Shown here in pieces: positions 1-10,231 of a stretch of 64,000 nt of DNA. The DNA is from Gammaproteobacteria bacterium (GTDB taxonomy: Bacteria > Pseudomonadota > Gammaproteobacteria > Eutrophobiales > Eutrophobiaceae). The translations under genes were made by a program, and so were the position numbers. A model generated the notes under the pieces. It searched no databases, had not been told where the DNA came from, and worked only from the letters and a program-made list of their open reading frames with translations. How positions within the stretch are numbered: the stretch's first letter is position 1; each line of letters opens with the position of its first letter. The DNA lies in NCBI GenBank assembly GCA_965222155.1, contig CBDCTH010000001.1, positions 1 to 64,000 of the forward strand. The letters run 5' to 3'.

Positions 1-732
1 CGCGAAAATATAGCCTGCTACGCGCTGCAGGTCCCGGGCTATCACTTCACCCACGTCCTCCTTGAATACATCCAGGGCGGGTCTGTTATCCAGTTCGATG
101 ATGATATTACGCTCGCAGGCGGAGATGACGCGCCTGGGGGAAAAAGGTGTGCAGCCCTGGGTATGGCCGGTCGCCACGGGCACCTCGCTGGAGAACAATA
201 CACCGGAAATTCCGCCGGATACAACCGTATCGGCCACTTGTACGTTCACGTCCCCGGAAGAGCTCAGGCCGCCCACGAAAAAAGCATTGGGTATGGATTG
301 CGCCAGTGCCGAGATCAGGGACGGCACCTGCATGTTGCCGGGGTCACAGTGGAGGATGCCGAAATAAAACTCATCGTTTTTCAGCCAATCGCCGGTACTG
401 TGGATAAAGTTGTCAATATCCCCGGTCTGTACGGGCAAGGTCCTGAACATGGAATCGGGAAAATCAGCGAGCATGATAGTCAGGGCCGGCTGATCATAAT
501 ATTCCTGCCCGGTGGCGCTCACCCCCAGTCCGACAGTGCCGGACCAATGTTCGACACCGGTACGTTGCCGGAGTGTATCCAATATAATGTCGAGCTTTGG
601 TATGAGGGTATAGGTGGCGTAGATAAAACCGAAGTTCGCTGAGTCGGGAACCTGGCCGATCTGGTCCAGGCAGTCTTTAACCAGTTGCCTGGGCGCCTGG
701 TTACTGCTGTGTCCTACCAGAAACTGTTGCAT
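1..732 (-). CDS. FIST domain protein (partial, runs off the left edge)
   Basis: Open minus-strand frame from ATG 732 (or 747): MQQFLVGHSSNQAPRQLVKDCL...GFIYAT...WSGTVGLG...FFVGGLSS...HTQGCTP...NIIIELDNRPAL; TQGCxP and ELDxxPA are FIST-like. Absent from the ORF track because no stop codon lies in the window. Confidence 0.75.
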   Translation of the reverse strand, partial: MQQFLVGHSSNQAPRQLVKDCLDQIGQVPDSANFGFIYATYTLIPKLDIILDTLRQRTGVEHWSGTVGLGVSATGQEYYDQPALTIMLADFPDSMFRTLPVQTGDIDNFIHSTGDWLKNDEFYFGILHCDPGNMQVPSLISALAQSIPNAFFVGGLSSSGDVNVQVADTVVSGGISGVLFSSEVPVATGHTQGCTPFSPRRVISACERNIIIELDNRPALDVFKEDVGEVIARDLQRVAGYIFA

Positions 733-955
733 CGGTGGTTTTATCATATGCGACTGGCTTTTTGCCCGTATCGTGTTGTATTGGCGCTTGGCTTATCCTC
801 CCCTTACGCGTGCGGGATGTGCTTTTGGCAAAGCCGTAGTGCAGGGTGAGGTAGCCGATTTGCTCTTTCCCTGTATATCTGTGGTTGCAAAATAATCATA
901 CATAATTAACACTAAGCTTTCCATTTCGTTGAGTTTCTGCAGGAGGGCGTAAACC

Positions 956-1411
956 ATGAATAATCCAAGAATGCCGACAAACGTGCCTGATTTTGTTACG
1001 GATCATCTGCGCCGCTATCTTGATAGTAACGGGGAAGACGGACACATGTGGAATTCCACGGGATTGGGGGATCATGGGGAATGCCCGTCTTTGCTGCTGA
1101 CAACCATCGGGCGTCGCACGGGACAGCCCGTCATTACCCCGCTGATCTACGGCGAAGCCGGTGGAGCTTATGTGGTTGTAGGTTCAAGAGGCGGCGCGCC
1201 CACTCATCCCAACTGGTATCTGAACCTTGTTGCCAACCCCGAGGTGGAACTACAGATTATCTCCGAACGGTTCAAGGCCAGGGCCAGGACGGCGGCCGGA
1301 GAAGAACGCGCGCAACTGTGGGATTTAATGCTGACCATATATCCGACCTATACGGAATTGCAGGACAAAACGGACCGCGAGATTCCGATTGTCGTCATGG
1401 AAAAGGAATAG
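956..1411 (+). CDS. Deazaflavin (F420)-dependent nitroreductase/oxidoreductase, Ddn family
   Basis: LLLTTIGRRTG...TPL.Y....YVVVGSRGGAPTHPNWYLNLVANP...REIPIVV motifs; GGAGG upstream. Confidence 0.88.
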   Translation: MNNPRMPTNVPDFVTDHLRRYLDSNGEDGHMWNSTGLGDHGECPSLLLTTIGRRTGQPVITPLIYGEAGGAYVVVGSRGGAPTHPNWYLNLVANPEVELQIISERFKARARTAAGEERAQLWDLMLTIYPTYTELQDKTDREIPIVVMEKE

Positions 1412-1481
1412 ACCTGGTTGTACCAGGGTCAGATATTTCAGCAGTTTGCCCGTTGGGCACTAAAGGCCTGAGTCATAAGTC

Positions 1482-2795
1482 ATGGCAACTGTAAATGAGA
1501 ACAGCCCGGCATCTCAGGATGCGGTCGCGAATCTCGAAACCACCTATACGATGGAGGTTAGCGATACGTTCAACGGCAACCTTGACCACAAGTTCGACGA
1601 AGACTGGATCAGGATCGACCTGATCAGGGGAAAAACCTATCAGGTTACTCTTTCCGGCCGCGGAACGGCCCCCGACAAGGCGGAGGACACCATCCTCAAG
1701 CTGTTTGATTCAAACGGAAATCATATCCTTACAAACGACGATATCGACGCAGAAAAGCGTATATTCGATTCACGCCTGACGTTTACCGTGCACGTCAGCG
1801 GCAGCTACTACATCAGCGCCGCCAGCTATACCAGCAACCCGAACACGGACAATTCCGGGGCTTACGCGGTACTGGTTGAAGAGATAGAGGTGGTTACCAC
1901 TATCGACGACACTATCACGGGTACCAGCAGAGGGAACAGCCTGACCGGCACCAATAAAGTGGAAAAGATCTATGGTCTCGGGGGGAACGATTACCTGTAC
2001 GGCCGCGGCGGTGACGATGAACTGGACGGCGGACCCGGGAACGACACGTTGAACGGCGGCGCCGGGGCCGACAGACTGACCGGTGGTGATGGTAACGATA
2101 CCGCGTCCTACACGGGTTCTCCCGCGGGCGTGACGGTACGCCTCCATGATCCCGCGCCCTGGGGTGGTGACGCCCAAGGCGATACATTCGCAGGGATGGT
2201 CACGTATGCCTATACGGACAACCGCAAACGGGTGGAGGTGGAACTCCCTGATATCATCAACCTGAGGGGATCGGATCACGATGACATCCTGGCCGGCGAC
2301 CAGCGGGCCAACAAACTTTCGGGCGGCAGGGGCAACGATACGATATATGGGGGTCCTGGTGGTGATGATACGAACCAGGACACCATAGACGGCGGCCCCG
2401 GCCATGACAGGCTGTTCGGCGGTCCGGGGGATGATACGCTGTACGGCAGTGAGGGCGATGACATGCTCAAGGGTGGCCCCGGTGATGACACGCTCGAGGG
2501 TAACTCGGGAGATGACACGCTTGAAGGCGGTGCGGGCGCTGACACAATGGACGGCGGCATTGGCTTTGACACCTTCATCTTCGATTCGGGGCACGGGAAA
2601 GACACCATAACCGACTTTAGAAATGGTAAGGATTTAATCGACGTCAAAGCCTTTGGTTTATCGGGGTTTGATGACCTCGTGCTTGCGTCAGATGCGGATG
2701 GTGTGGCAATTGACTTGTCGGATCATGGGGGAGGAACCATCCTGCTTGAGGGTTTCGATATTGCCAACCTGGATGCGACGGATTTTCTGTTCTGA
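1482..2795 (+). CDS. Secreted Ca2+-binding protein with a PPC-like N-terminal domain and RTX (hemolysin-type) repeats
   Basis: Many GGxGxDxL nonapeptides; DEDWIRIDL/DTILKLFD PPC-like segment; C-terminal DATDFLF typical of T1SS substrates. Confidence 0.8.
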   Translation: MATVNENSPASQDAVANLETTYTMEVSDTFNGNLDHKFDEDWIRIDLIRGKTYQVTLSGRGTAPDKAEDTILKLFDSNGNHILTNDDIDAEKRIFDSRLTFTVHVSGSYYISAASYTSNPNTDNSGAYAVLVEEIEVVTTIDDTITGTSRGNSLTGTNKVEKIYGLGGNDYLYGRGGDDELDGGPGNDTLNGGAGADRLTGGDGNDTASYTGSPAGVTVRLHDPAPWGGDAQGDTFAGMVTYAYTDNRKRVEVELPDIINLRGSDHDDILAGDQRANKLSGGRGNDTIYGGPGGDDTNQDTIDGGPGHDRLFGGPGDDTLYGSEGDDMLKGGPGDDTLEGNSGDDTLEGGAGADTMDGGIGFDTFIFDSGHGKDTITDFRNGKDLIDVKAFGLSGFDDLVLASDADGVAIDLSDHGGGTILLEGFDIANLDATDFLF

Positions 2796-2859
2796 CCGGC
2801 GCCAATATCTGTGTGGCGGACGGACTCCGTAACGCATGATCTGTGCTAGTATAGCGGTT

Positions 2860-2969
2860 GCGGCCTGTGCTGGTCTCCCCGCGGCGCGAAGTTGTGAACC
2901 CCGTCAGGCCCGGAAGGGAGCAGCGGTAACAATGGATGCGGGCGCCGGGGCAAGAACAGTATGGGTCGC
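2860..2969 (+). ncRNA. ffs: Signal recognition particle 4.5S RNA
   Basis: TCAGGCCCGGAAGGGAGCAGC helix-8 motif within a long hairpin (GCGGCCTGTGCTG...CAGTATGGGTCGC); usual position upstream of dnaX; TGCTAGTAT extended -10-like element just upstream. Confidence 0.93.
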
Positions 2970-3071
2970 TTTATATTCTACTGACAAGGGAGGGATGTAA
3001 AAAAAACGTGTGCAGCTTGTCAATCGAACTGTTTTTATATGCCGAATTGAAACATTACTACAGGTTGATCA

Positions 3072-4730
3072 ATGAGTTACCAGGTACTGGCGCGTAAATG
3101 GCGACCCCGCTTGTTTGCGGACATGGTCGGGCAGGGGCATGTCCTCAGGGTGCTGGTGAATGCGCTGGATTCCGATAGATTACACCATGCGTATCTGTTT
3201 ACGGGTACCCGTGGCGTGGGTAAAACAACCCTGGCCAGAATCCTGGCGAAGTGTCTCAACTGTGAAGCGGGCGTCAGTTCCGAACCGTGCGGGCAGTGCA
3301 GCGCCTGTGTGGGTATCGATGAGGGCCGGTTTGTCGATTTAATTGAAGTCGACGCGGCATCGCGGGCCAAAGTGGATGAAACCCGGGACCTGATGGATAA
3401 CGTTCCGTATGCGCCCACTGCCGGCAGGTACAAGGTCTATCTCATAGATGAAGTGCACATGTTCTCGAAACACAGTTTCAATGCCTTGTTGAAGACCCTG
3501 GAAGAGCCGCCTGACCATGTAAAATTCCTGCTGGCGACAACCGAACCGAAAAGGATCCCGATCACCATCCTGTCGCGCTGTATGCAGTTTAACCTCAAGC
3601 ACCTGAGCGCGGGGCAGATAGAAGCCCAACTGGACAAAATCCTGGCAGAAGAGGACATCGCAGCAGAGGATACCTGTACTCGCCTGATTGCAGCCGCTGC
3701 CGATGGCAGTATGCGCGATGCGCTCAGCCTGCTGGATCAAGCCATATCCTATGGCGATGGTCGGCTGGAGGCAGTCCAGGTCCGCGCCATGCTGGGCACG
3801 ATTGACGGTGACGAGTTGAGCGCTTTGCTTACGGATATTATCGAACGGAATGCCGCGTCCCTGCTCGCAAGGATCAACAACATGGCCGAGCTGTCTCCGG
3901 ATTATGACGCCATGCTCGCGCAGTTGTTATCCATTCTGCATAATACTGCGGTCGCACAGGTGTTGCCGGATGGATCTGACCTGGTTGACGAGACCAGCCG
4001 TACATTTGCCCGCAGACTCGATAAAGAGGATGTCCAACTCTACTACCAGCTTGCCTTGAATGGCCGCCGGGACCTGCACATCGCGCCTGATCCGAAAACC
4101 GCGTTTGAAATGACCATGATCCGCCTGCTGGCGTTTTGCCCCTGGGAACCTGCCGATACGCAAAAACTGGACGATGGTGAAGCGCTAATGAAGCGTAGCT
4201 CGCCTGCAGCAGAGAACAATCAAGTGGCAGTGAACTACGATGGACCGGTAGCAAACGATAGCCGGCCGGTCGCAGACCATACCGGATCAACAAATACTGC
4301 GCTGAGTAATCAGGATCAGGTGCAGGATGCGCCGGTGCTTATCAGCAATGATGACTGGCATAATCTGACAGATTCCATGGCGCTGGATGGACTGACAAAA
4401 GAACTGGCTTCCCACTGTACATTGCTGAAGTATGAAGGAAACAGGATATGTTTAAACCTGCACCCTGAACAGGAACACTTGTCTGCAACGAACCAGAAGG
4501 AAAAGTTGCTGGCTACGATCAGGGAGCGTTTCGGTGCAGAAATCAAGCTTGTCGTGACGGTTGAGGGGTCCGGGGATGAAACACCTGCGCAAAGGAAAGC
4601 CCGTAAAGACCTTGAGAAAAAACGGGCTGCACTGGAAGCAGTAGAAAAAGACCCCGACGTCAAGCTGGTCAGAGATACCTTTGATGCGACTATCGATAAA
4701 GAATCGACCAGATATTTGGGGTCAGAGTAA
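3072..4730 (+). CDS. dnaX: DNA polymerase III subunit gamma/tau
   Basis: MSYQVLARKWRP, GTRGVGKTT, IDEVHM, SRC motifs. Confidence 0.98.
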   Translation: MSYQVLARKWRPRLFADMVGQGHVLRVLVNALDSDRLHHAYLFTGTRGVGKTTLARILAKCLNCEAGVSSEPCGQCSACVGIDEGRFVDLIEVDAASRAKVDETRDLMDNVPYAPTAGRYKVYLIDEVHMFSKHSFNALLKTLEEPPDHVKFLLATTEPKRIPITILSRCMQFNLKHLSAGQIEAQLDKILAEEDIAAEDTCTRLIAAAADGSMRDALSLLDQAISYGDGRLEAVQVRAMLGTIDGDELSALLTDIIERNAASLLARINNMAELSPDYDAMLAQLLSILHNTAVAQVLPDGSDLVDETSRTFARRLDKEDVQLYYQLALNGRRDLHIAPDPKTAFEMTMIRLLAFCPWEPADTQKLDDGEALMKRSSPAAENNQVAVNYDGPVANDSRPVADHTGSTNTALSNQDQVQDAPVLISNDDWHNLTDSMALDGLTKELASHCTLLKYEGNRICLNLHPEQEHLSATNQKEKLLATIRERFGAEIKLVVTVEGSGDETPAQRKARKDLEKKRAALEAVEKDPDVKLVRDTFDATIDKESTRYLGSE

Positions 4731-4793
4731 AAACCTGTATCTTTATCTTTGCCAGCCACGTTCATGACAGGTTTTTACTCTGACCCCAAATAT
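4712..4793. repeat. GGGGTCAG-bounded palindromic element overlapping the dnaX stop
   Basis: ATATTTGGGGTCAGAGTAAAAACCTGT...ACAGGTTTTTACTCTGACCCCAAATAT inverted repeat; same arm at 37539-37617. Confidence 0.75.
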
Positions 4794-4812
4794 CAATAGA
4801 AAGGAGAAACAA

Positions 4813-5136
4813 ATGAAAGGTGGTTTCGGTGACATCATGCAACAGGCCCAGAAAATGCAGGAAAACATGCAGCGGGTGCAGGAGGAAATCGCTGCCACGG
4901 AAGTGCAGGGTGAGGCCGGCGCAGGCATGGTCAAGGTCATCATGACCGGCAGACATGACCTTAAACGGGTTGAGATCGAACCGTCCCTGCTGACTGCCGA
5001 CAAGGAGATGCTGGAAGACCTGATAGCCGCCGCCGTGAATGACGCCAACAGGCGGGTGGAAAAGGCCACCCAGGACAAGATGGCCAATGTAGCTTCCGGC
5101 ATGGGCCTCCCCGCAGGTTTTAAACTGCCGTTTTGA
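4813..5136 (+). CDS. ybaB: Nucleoid-associated protein YbaB/EbfC
   Basis: [36 protein letters not shown]; synteny with dnaX/recR. Confidence 0.96.
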   Translation: MKGGFGDIMQQAQKMQENMQRVQEEIAATEVQGEAGAGMVKVIMTGRHDLKRVEIEPSLLTADKEMLEDLIAAAVNDANRRVEKATQDKMANVASGMGLPAGFKLPF

Positions 5137-5178
5137 GTCGGCAAAAATGAGCATGAAAGCTGTAACAACCGGTGAGAA

Positions 5179-5802
5179 ATGCAAGCTGAACCACCCAGAC
5201 TGAGCGCACTGATCCAGGCGCTTTGCTGTCTACCGGGTATCGGTAAGAAATCCGCCCAGAGAATCAGTTACCACCTGTTGCAACGCGACCGGGACGGGGC
5301 AAAATCCCTGGCCGCCGCGTTGGTTGAAGCGATGGAAAACATAGGCAGTTGTCAGAGGTGCCGCAATTTCAGTGAAACCCCGCTGTGTAATGTTTGTCTG
5401 AGTGGTAAACGGGACAGCTCGCTGCTTTGCATAGTGGAAAGTCCGGTGGACGTGTTTGCCATGGAAGAGGCGGGCTATCAGGGGAAATATTTTGTATTAA
5501 TGGGACATCTCTCGCCCCTGGACGGTATCGGACCGCAGGAACTGGGGCTGGACAAATTGGCGGCGTATCTTACCGGCTCGCCTGAGAGTGAAGCGGGTGG
5601 AGAAGTCAAGGAGATAATTCTTGCGACCAACTCGACCATGGAAGGAGAAGCGACAGCGCATTTTATCAATAGCATCGTGCAGAGATATGATATCCGCGTT
5701 ACCCGTATCGCCCATGGCGTGCCGCTGGGTGGTGAACTGGAATATATTGACAGTAATACTCTCTCCCATGCCCTGGCCGGTCGGCACGAAATATCTGAGT
5801 GA
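5179..5802 (+). CDS. recR: Recombination mediator RecR
   Basis: LPGIGKKSAQR, C4 zinc finger, LSPLDGIGP, GVPLGGELEY. Confidence 0.97.
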   Translation: MQAEPPRLSALIQALCCLPGIGKKSAQRISYHLLQRDRDGAKSLAAALVEAMENIGSCQRCRNFSETPLCNVCLSGKRDSSLLCIVESPVDVFAMEEAGYQGKYFVLMGHLSPLDGIGPQELGLDKLAAYLTGSPESEAGGEVKEIILATNSTMEGEATAHFINSIVQRYDIRVTRIAHGVPLGGELEYIDSNTLSHALAGRHEISE

Positions 5803-5862
5803 TAAATTATGCGCACCTGTATTGCGTGCAAGGTTAGAAGCCGGGTTTTATTTTTATGTTAC

Positions 5863-6113
5863 ACTTAACCCGTATATCTCACCAATGGATGCGATGATCG
5901 CGCCGGATTTTTGCCGCCAGCGGGTGCCTGCGACCGAAAGCATAGCCGTAGTTCTGGTTGAGAGAGCACGTGCCCGCTGGCGGCAAAAAGACAAGCGAGG
6001 GCGCATCCAACGCAGTGGGTGATGGCAACAGAATGCTATAATCCTGATAACTCATTGACAGCAAGGAACTTTCCGTTAATGACAAGCGAATTGGTGAGAT
6101 ATACGGGTTAAGT
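5863..6113. mobile_element. MITE-like element with 24-bp perfect terminal inverted repeats
   Basis: ACTTAACCCGTATATCTCACCAAT (5863-5886) and its complement (6090-6113); core GCGGGTGCCTGCGACCGAAAGCATAGCCGTAGTT shared with 49944-50179 and 62270-62441. Confidence 0.75.
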
Positions 6114-6157
6114 TCACAACACATTAATGCCGGGTGAGGCTAAAAGGAGATTACAGA

Positions 6158-6367
6158 ATGAATGGCGGAAATCAGGAAAATCCGAGCTGGCAAACTGCCC
6201 TTGAACATCACGAAGAACTGTGTGCTGAACGCGGCCGTACCATTGATGTGAGATTTAATTCCCTCGAGAAAAGACTGGACAATATCGAACGACTCCAGCG
6301 CTTCACCCTTGGCGCTATCCTCGTTTGGCCAGCGCTGTTGATCGCCGTATTGAAATTGATTCTGTAA
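6158..6367 (+). CDS. Small coiled-coil protein with C-terminal transmembrane helix (XhlA-like)
   Basis: AAGGAG before ATG 6158; HEELCAER...LEKRLD then a hydrophobic tail. Confidence 0.55.
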   Translation: MNGGNQENPSWQTALEHHEELCAERGRTIDVRFNSLEKRLDNIERLQRFTLGAILVWPALLIAVLKLIL

Positions 6368-6371
6368 TCCC

Positions 6372-7610
6372 TTACCCGGCGGACAAATGGGCTATCCTTA
6401 TCGGCGCCGGTGGATGCGAATCATGAAAAGCTGAATACAATGGGTCCGGGGTCAGGGTATTGGCATTTTCCTTGTAAAGCTTGACCAGGGCATTGATCAG
6501 GCTGCCGGCCCGAACCTGGGCCGTGGCAAAATCGTCGGCTTCAAATTCATGCTTGCGGGAGATAGATGAAAACAGTGGTTGCAGAAAGAAGGTGAAAGCC
6601 GGCGCCACCAGTACGAACAAGGTCAGGGCCATATAAGCCGACGGTTCGCTGACACCCAGGCCGGTATAGAACCAGGGTAGTTCCAGCAAAACGCCCAATA
6701 TGGCGAAACCTGTGAGAAAGGTTATCCCCATAATGGCGAGACGTTTTTTTACGTGACCGCACTTGAAATGTCCTAATTCGTGGGCCAGCACCGCCTCGAT
6801 CTCATCGTGGGACAGTTCATCAATCAGGGTATCGAAAAATACTATCCGCTTGTTTGCTCCTAGACCGGTGAAGTAGGCGTTCCCATGGGTGGAACGGGTC
6901 GAACCGTCCATGACGAAGATGCCGTTGCTGGTAAATCCGTTGCGGTCCAGTAAAGCGGCGATTCGAGTCGCAAGATCGGCATTGTCCAACGGCCTGAATT
7001 TATTGAACAACGGTGCGATCAAGGCAGGATAAGCCCATACCATGACCAGGTTGAAACCCAGCCAGGTTAACCATACGTACAACCACCACCAGGCGCCGGA
7101 GTTGTCCATGAACCATAACACCAGCATGATCAGCGGTGTTCCTATAATCAGCATCAGCAGCGTATTTTTCAACAGGTCATTGATAAACAGCCTGGGGGTC
7201 ATCTTGTTGAAACCGAACCGTTGTTCCAGTCTGAATGTGTGATAGAGTGACAGCGGCAGGTCCAGCAATGATGAGATCAACATCAATGCCAGGATGAAGA
7301 TCGTTCCCGTCCACAAGCCGGATAGCTGGTATGGGCGGATAATACTATCGAGAAAATCCAGGGCGCCTCCCAGGGTCCAGATTAACAGCAGAATGGAGGA
7401 TACAATCAGTTCGACCAGTCGAATACGGGTCTTGGCGCAATTGTAATCAGCCGCCTTGCGGTGTGCGTCGAGAGGGATTTTGTCTGCGAAATTATCCGGC
7501 ACCGTATCCCGATTGGCCTTGATGTGGCGGATATGACGGACGCTCAAGCGCCATTGAAGAAAAACACCAGAAATCAATGCTATGATAAACAGGTAGGTAA
7601 ATGTATTCAT
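6372..7610 (-). CDS. M48 family metallopeptidase (Ste24/CAAX protease type)
   Basis: DGSTRSTHGNAYFTG, AHELGH zinc motif, EFEAD, SHPP; multiple TM segments. Confidence 0.95.
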   Translation of the reverse strand: MNTFTYLFIIALISGVFLQWRLSVRHIRHIKANRDTVPDNFADKIPLDAHRKAADYNCAKTRIRLVELIVSSILLLIWTLGGALDFLDSIIRPYQLSGLWTGTIFILALMLISSLLDLPLSLYHTFRLEQRFGFNKMTPRLFINDLLKNTLLMLIIGTPLIMLVLWFMDNSGAWWWLYVWLTWLGFNLVMVWAYPALIAPLFNKFRPLDNADLATRIAALLDRNGFTSNGIFVMDGSTRSTHGNAYFTGLGANKRIVFFDTLIDELSHDEIEAVLAHELGHFKCGHVKKRLAIMGITFLTGFAILGVLLELPWFYTGLGVSEPSAYMALTLFVLVAPAFTFFLQPLFSSISRKHEFEADDFATAQVRAGSLINALVKLYKENANTLTPDPLYSAFHDSHPPAPIRIAHLSAG

Positions 7611-7680
7611 GGATCAGCTGTTGGTTCCCAATAGACGATTAAGGTAGTATCAACCAAAAACAAATATCGAACAACCATAA

Positions 7681-8226
7681 ATGATGTCCCCGCTGGAAAC
7701 CAACCTGATATGGATCGACCTCGAAATGACCGGGTTGATCCCGGAGCAGGATTACATCATTGAGATTGCAACTGTGATCACCGATGCCCAGTTGAACCTG
7801 CTGACGGAAGGTCCGGTGATGGCCCTGAACCAGCCTGAATCAGTCCTGGCTGGCATGGATGACTGGAATATGAATCAGCATACCCGATCAGGCTTGTTGC
7901 AACGGGTGCGCGGCAGTGAGTATTCAGAGTCGGATGCCGAGAAACTCACCCTGGAATTTTTACGCAAATACGTAGCGGCCGGGGTCTCTCCCATGTGCGG
8001 CAACAGTATCTGCCAGGACCGCCGCTTCCTCAGCCGGCACATGCCCGAGCTTGAGAAATATTTTCATTATCGCAACCTGGACGTGAGTACGGTAAAGGAA
8101 CTGGTCAAACGCTGGACAAACAACCAGGAACCGTTTGCCAAGGAATCAACGCATCTTGCCCTGAACGACATTCGCGATTCCATTGAAGAATTACGCCTTT
8201 ACCGAAAACTGTACTTTAACTGCTGA
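7681..8226 (+). CDS. orn: Oligoribonuclease
   Basis: [41 protein letters not shown]. Confidence 0.97.
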   Translation: MMSPLETNLIWIDLEMTGLIPEQDYIIEIATVITDAQLNLLTEGPVMALNQPESVLAGMDDWNMNQHTRSGLLQRVRGSEYSESDAEKLTLEFLRKYVAAGVSPMCGNSICQDRRFLSRHMPELEKYFHYRNLDVSTVKELVKRWTNNQEPFAKESTHLALNDIRDSIEELRLYRKLYFNC

Positions 8227-8248
8227 GCCTGGTATTGATGAATGAGTT

Positions 8249-8460
8249 GCCCGTCAAATCGCATACCCGTCATACTGGCGAATGTCCACCAAACCGCATG
8301 CCCGTCATGCCGATGCCCGCCCCGTCATACCGGCGAATGCCCGTCAAACCGCATGCCCGTCATGCCGATGCCCGTCCCGTCATACCGGCGAATGCCCGTC
8401 AAACCGCATGCCCGTCATGCCGATGCCCGTCCCGTCATACCGGCGAATGCCGGTATCCAG
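8249..8460. repeat. 55-bp tandem repeat (~3.5 units) ending in a REP-like palindrome
   Basis: Unit GCCCGTCAAACCGCATGCCCGTCATGCCGATGCCCGTCCCGTCATACCGGCGAAT at 8339 and 8394, degenerate copies upstream; terminal CGTCATACCGGCGAATGCCGGTATCCAG. Confidence 0.85.
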
Positions 8461-8510
8461 TCAATTAACCCTGTAAAGTCATCAGGCTGTCAGTAAGAAG
8501 AGGGCACTTA

Positions 8511-10094
8511 ATGTCAGATTACGATGTCATCATTGTCGGCGGCGGACACAATGCCTTAATGTGCGCCGCACTCCTGGTCAAAAACGGCCTGAAAGTCCTG
8601 GTTGCCGAGCGCAACGACTGGGTTGGCGGCGGCGTTGTTACCCGGGAAGTCACACTGCCCGGTTATAAACATGACATGTTCGGCTCTTCCCACGTCTGGA
8701 TACACCTGAATCCCGATTTCAAGACCCTGCAACCCGAACTCGAGCAATACGGCCTGAAATACATCTGGTCCGATGATCATATTACCGGGCACCCGAACAA
8801 GTACGAAGGGCAGGGGATTATCGTTTATAAAGACGTGGACAAGACCTGTGACACCATAGCCGAATACTCCGGCCGGGACGCCAGGCGCTACCGGGAGATC
8901 TATGAGGAGTTCGGCGAGATCCGGGAGGGTGTGATCAAGGGCATGTTTTCTCCCCCGGCGCCGCCCAGTTACCTGTACCAGGCCATGGAAAACAGTCCCG
9001 AAGGCTTAAAGCGTTTACGTGACTACCAATTGAGTTCCCGCCAGTTCACCCTGGAGAATTTCGAGAACGACCACGTGCGCGCCTTCATCCTGGGATGGGC
9101 GATGGCGCCGCAGACCCTGCCGGACCAACTGGGCACCGCGGCGGGGTTCTACGTCATGATCCCGAGCATCCATTATTACGGACAGGCCATTCCCGAAGGC
9201 GGCAGCGGCATGTTGTCGGTGGCCTTGCAGCGTTATATCGAAGCCAACGGTGGCGTCGTGCTGACCGGCGCGACCGTCAGAAAGTTTATTGTCGAAAACG
9301 ATGAATGTATCGGTATTCGCCTGGAGGACGGTTCCGAAATCAGCGCCGGACAGGCGGTTGTTTCGGAACTGGATCCCTACCAGACCTACCTGCACGGTTT
9401 CGATGAAGGCGTACTCACACGGGATTTTCTTGGCTTGGTGCGTAATTTTCGCTTTGGTGACGTGACCATCGCCCGTGTCCATTACGCACTGAACGAAGCA
9501 CCGAAATTCAGGAACGGGACGGACATGGACAGGACGGCCTTCCAGCGCATGTTCGGCACGGTGGCGGATATTGATAAACAATACAATGAGATGGCCGCGG
9601 GACTGGCCCCGACTGATCCGTTTTTATGGACTGCTGCCTGGACCACCCTGGACCCCACCCGGGCGCCGGCGGGAAAACATACACTGATTATGGATACTTT
9701 TGTGCCGGTAGACCTGGCCTCCGGTGAAGACTGGGAACAGATCGGTCCCGGCTATGTACGCAATACCTTATTGGAACAATTGCGCAATTACACGGTCAAC
9801 ATGGATGTTGACAATATACTGGCTGAATACGTGGAAACAGGACCCAGCCTGGCCAGGGCAAACCTGTGCTTTTACCGGGGCGTCACCACCGGCGGCGAAC
9901 GCACCCTGGCCCAGATGGGGTCGTTCCGGCCGTTTCCGAATTATGCCAATTACCGTGGCCCCATAAAAAAATTCTACATGACCGGCCCGTCCTGTCACCC
10001 CGGCGGTGGCATCTGCGGCATGGGCTCCATAGCCGCCAATGAAATCCTCATGGACCTGGGCTTGAAGGACGACGATGATGACTTTGATTTTTAA
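8511..10094 (+). CDS. FAD-dependent oxidoreductase, phytoene desaturase-like family
   Basis: VGGGHNAL Rossmann motif, GGSGML, HPGGGICG. Confidence 0.85.
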   Translation: MSDYDVIIVGGGHNALMCAALLVKNGLKVLVAERNDWVGGGVVTREVTLPGYKHDMFGSSHVWIHLNPDFKTLQPELEQYGLKYIWSDDHITGHPNKYEGQGIIVYKDVDKTCDTIAEYSGRDARRYREIYEEFGEIREGVIKGMFSPPAPPSYLYQAMENSPEGLKRLRDYQLSSRQFTLENFENDHVRAFILGWAMAPQTLPDQLGTAAGFYVMIPSIHYYGQAIPEGGSGMLSVALQRYIEANGGVVLTGATVRKFIVENDECIGIRLEDGSEISAGQAVVSELDPYQTYLHGFDEGVLTRDFLGLVRNFRFGDVTIARVHYALNEAPKFRNGTDMDRTAFQRMFGTVADIDKQYNEMAAGLAPTDPFLWTAAWTTLDPTRAPAGKHTLIMDTFVPVDLASGEDWEQIGPGYVRNTLLEQLRNYTVNMDVDNILAEYVETGPSLARANLCFYRGVTTGGERTLAQMGSFRPFPNYANYRGPIKKFYMTGPSCHPGGGICGMGSIAANEILMDLGLKDDDDDFDF

Positions 10095-10231
10095 CTCACA
10101 CAGTAGCCGGGGACAGAATTTATTCTGTCCCCTTATACGGCCCCGTCATGCTGGCGCAGGCCGGAATGACGGGCCTGAGCAGCATGGGGATGGAATTAAT
10201 TCCGTCCCCTTTACAGCAAGAGGTATAAGTT

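Noticed and set aside
3072-4730. Programmed frameshift in dnaX
   Set aside because: No clear A-AAA-AAG slippery site with a downstream hairpin at the expected position.
8235-8496. Three overlapping ORFs, or a CRISPR array
   Set aside because: The ORFs are by-products of the 55-bp tandem repeat; there are no unique spacers.
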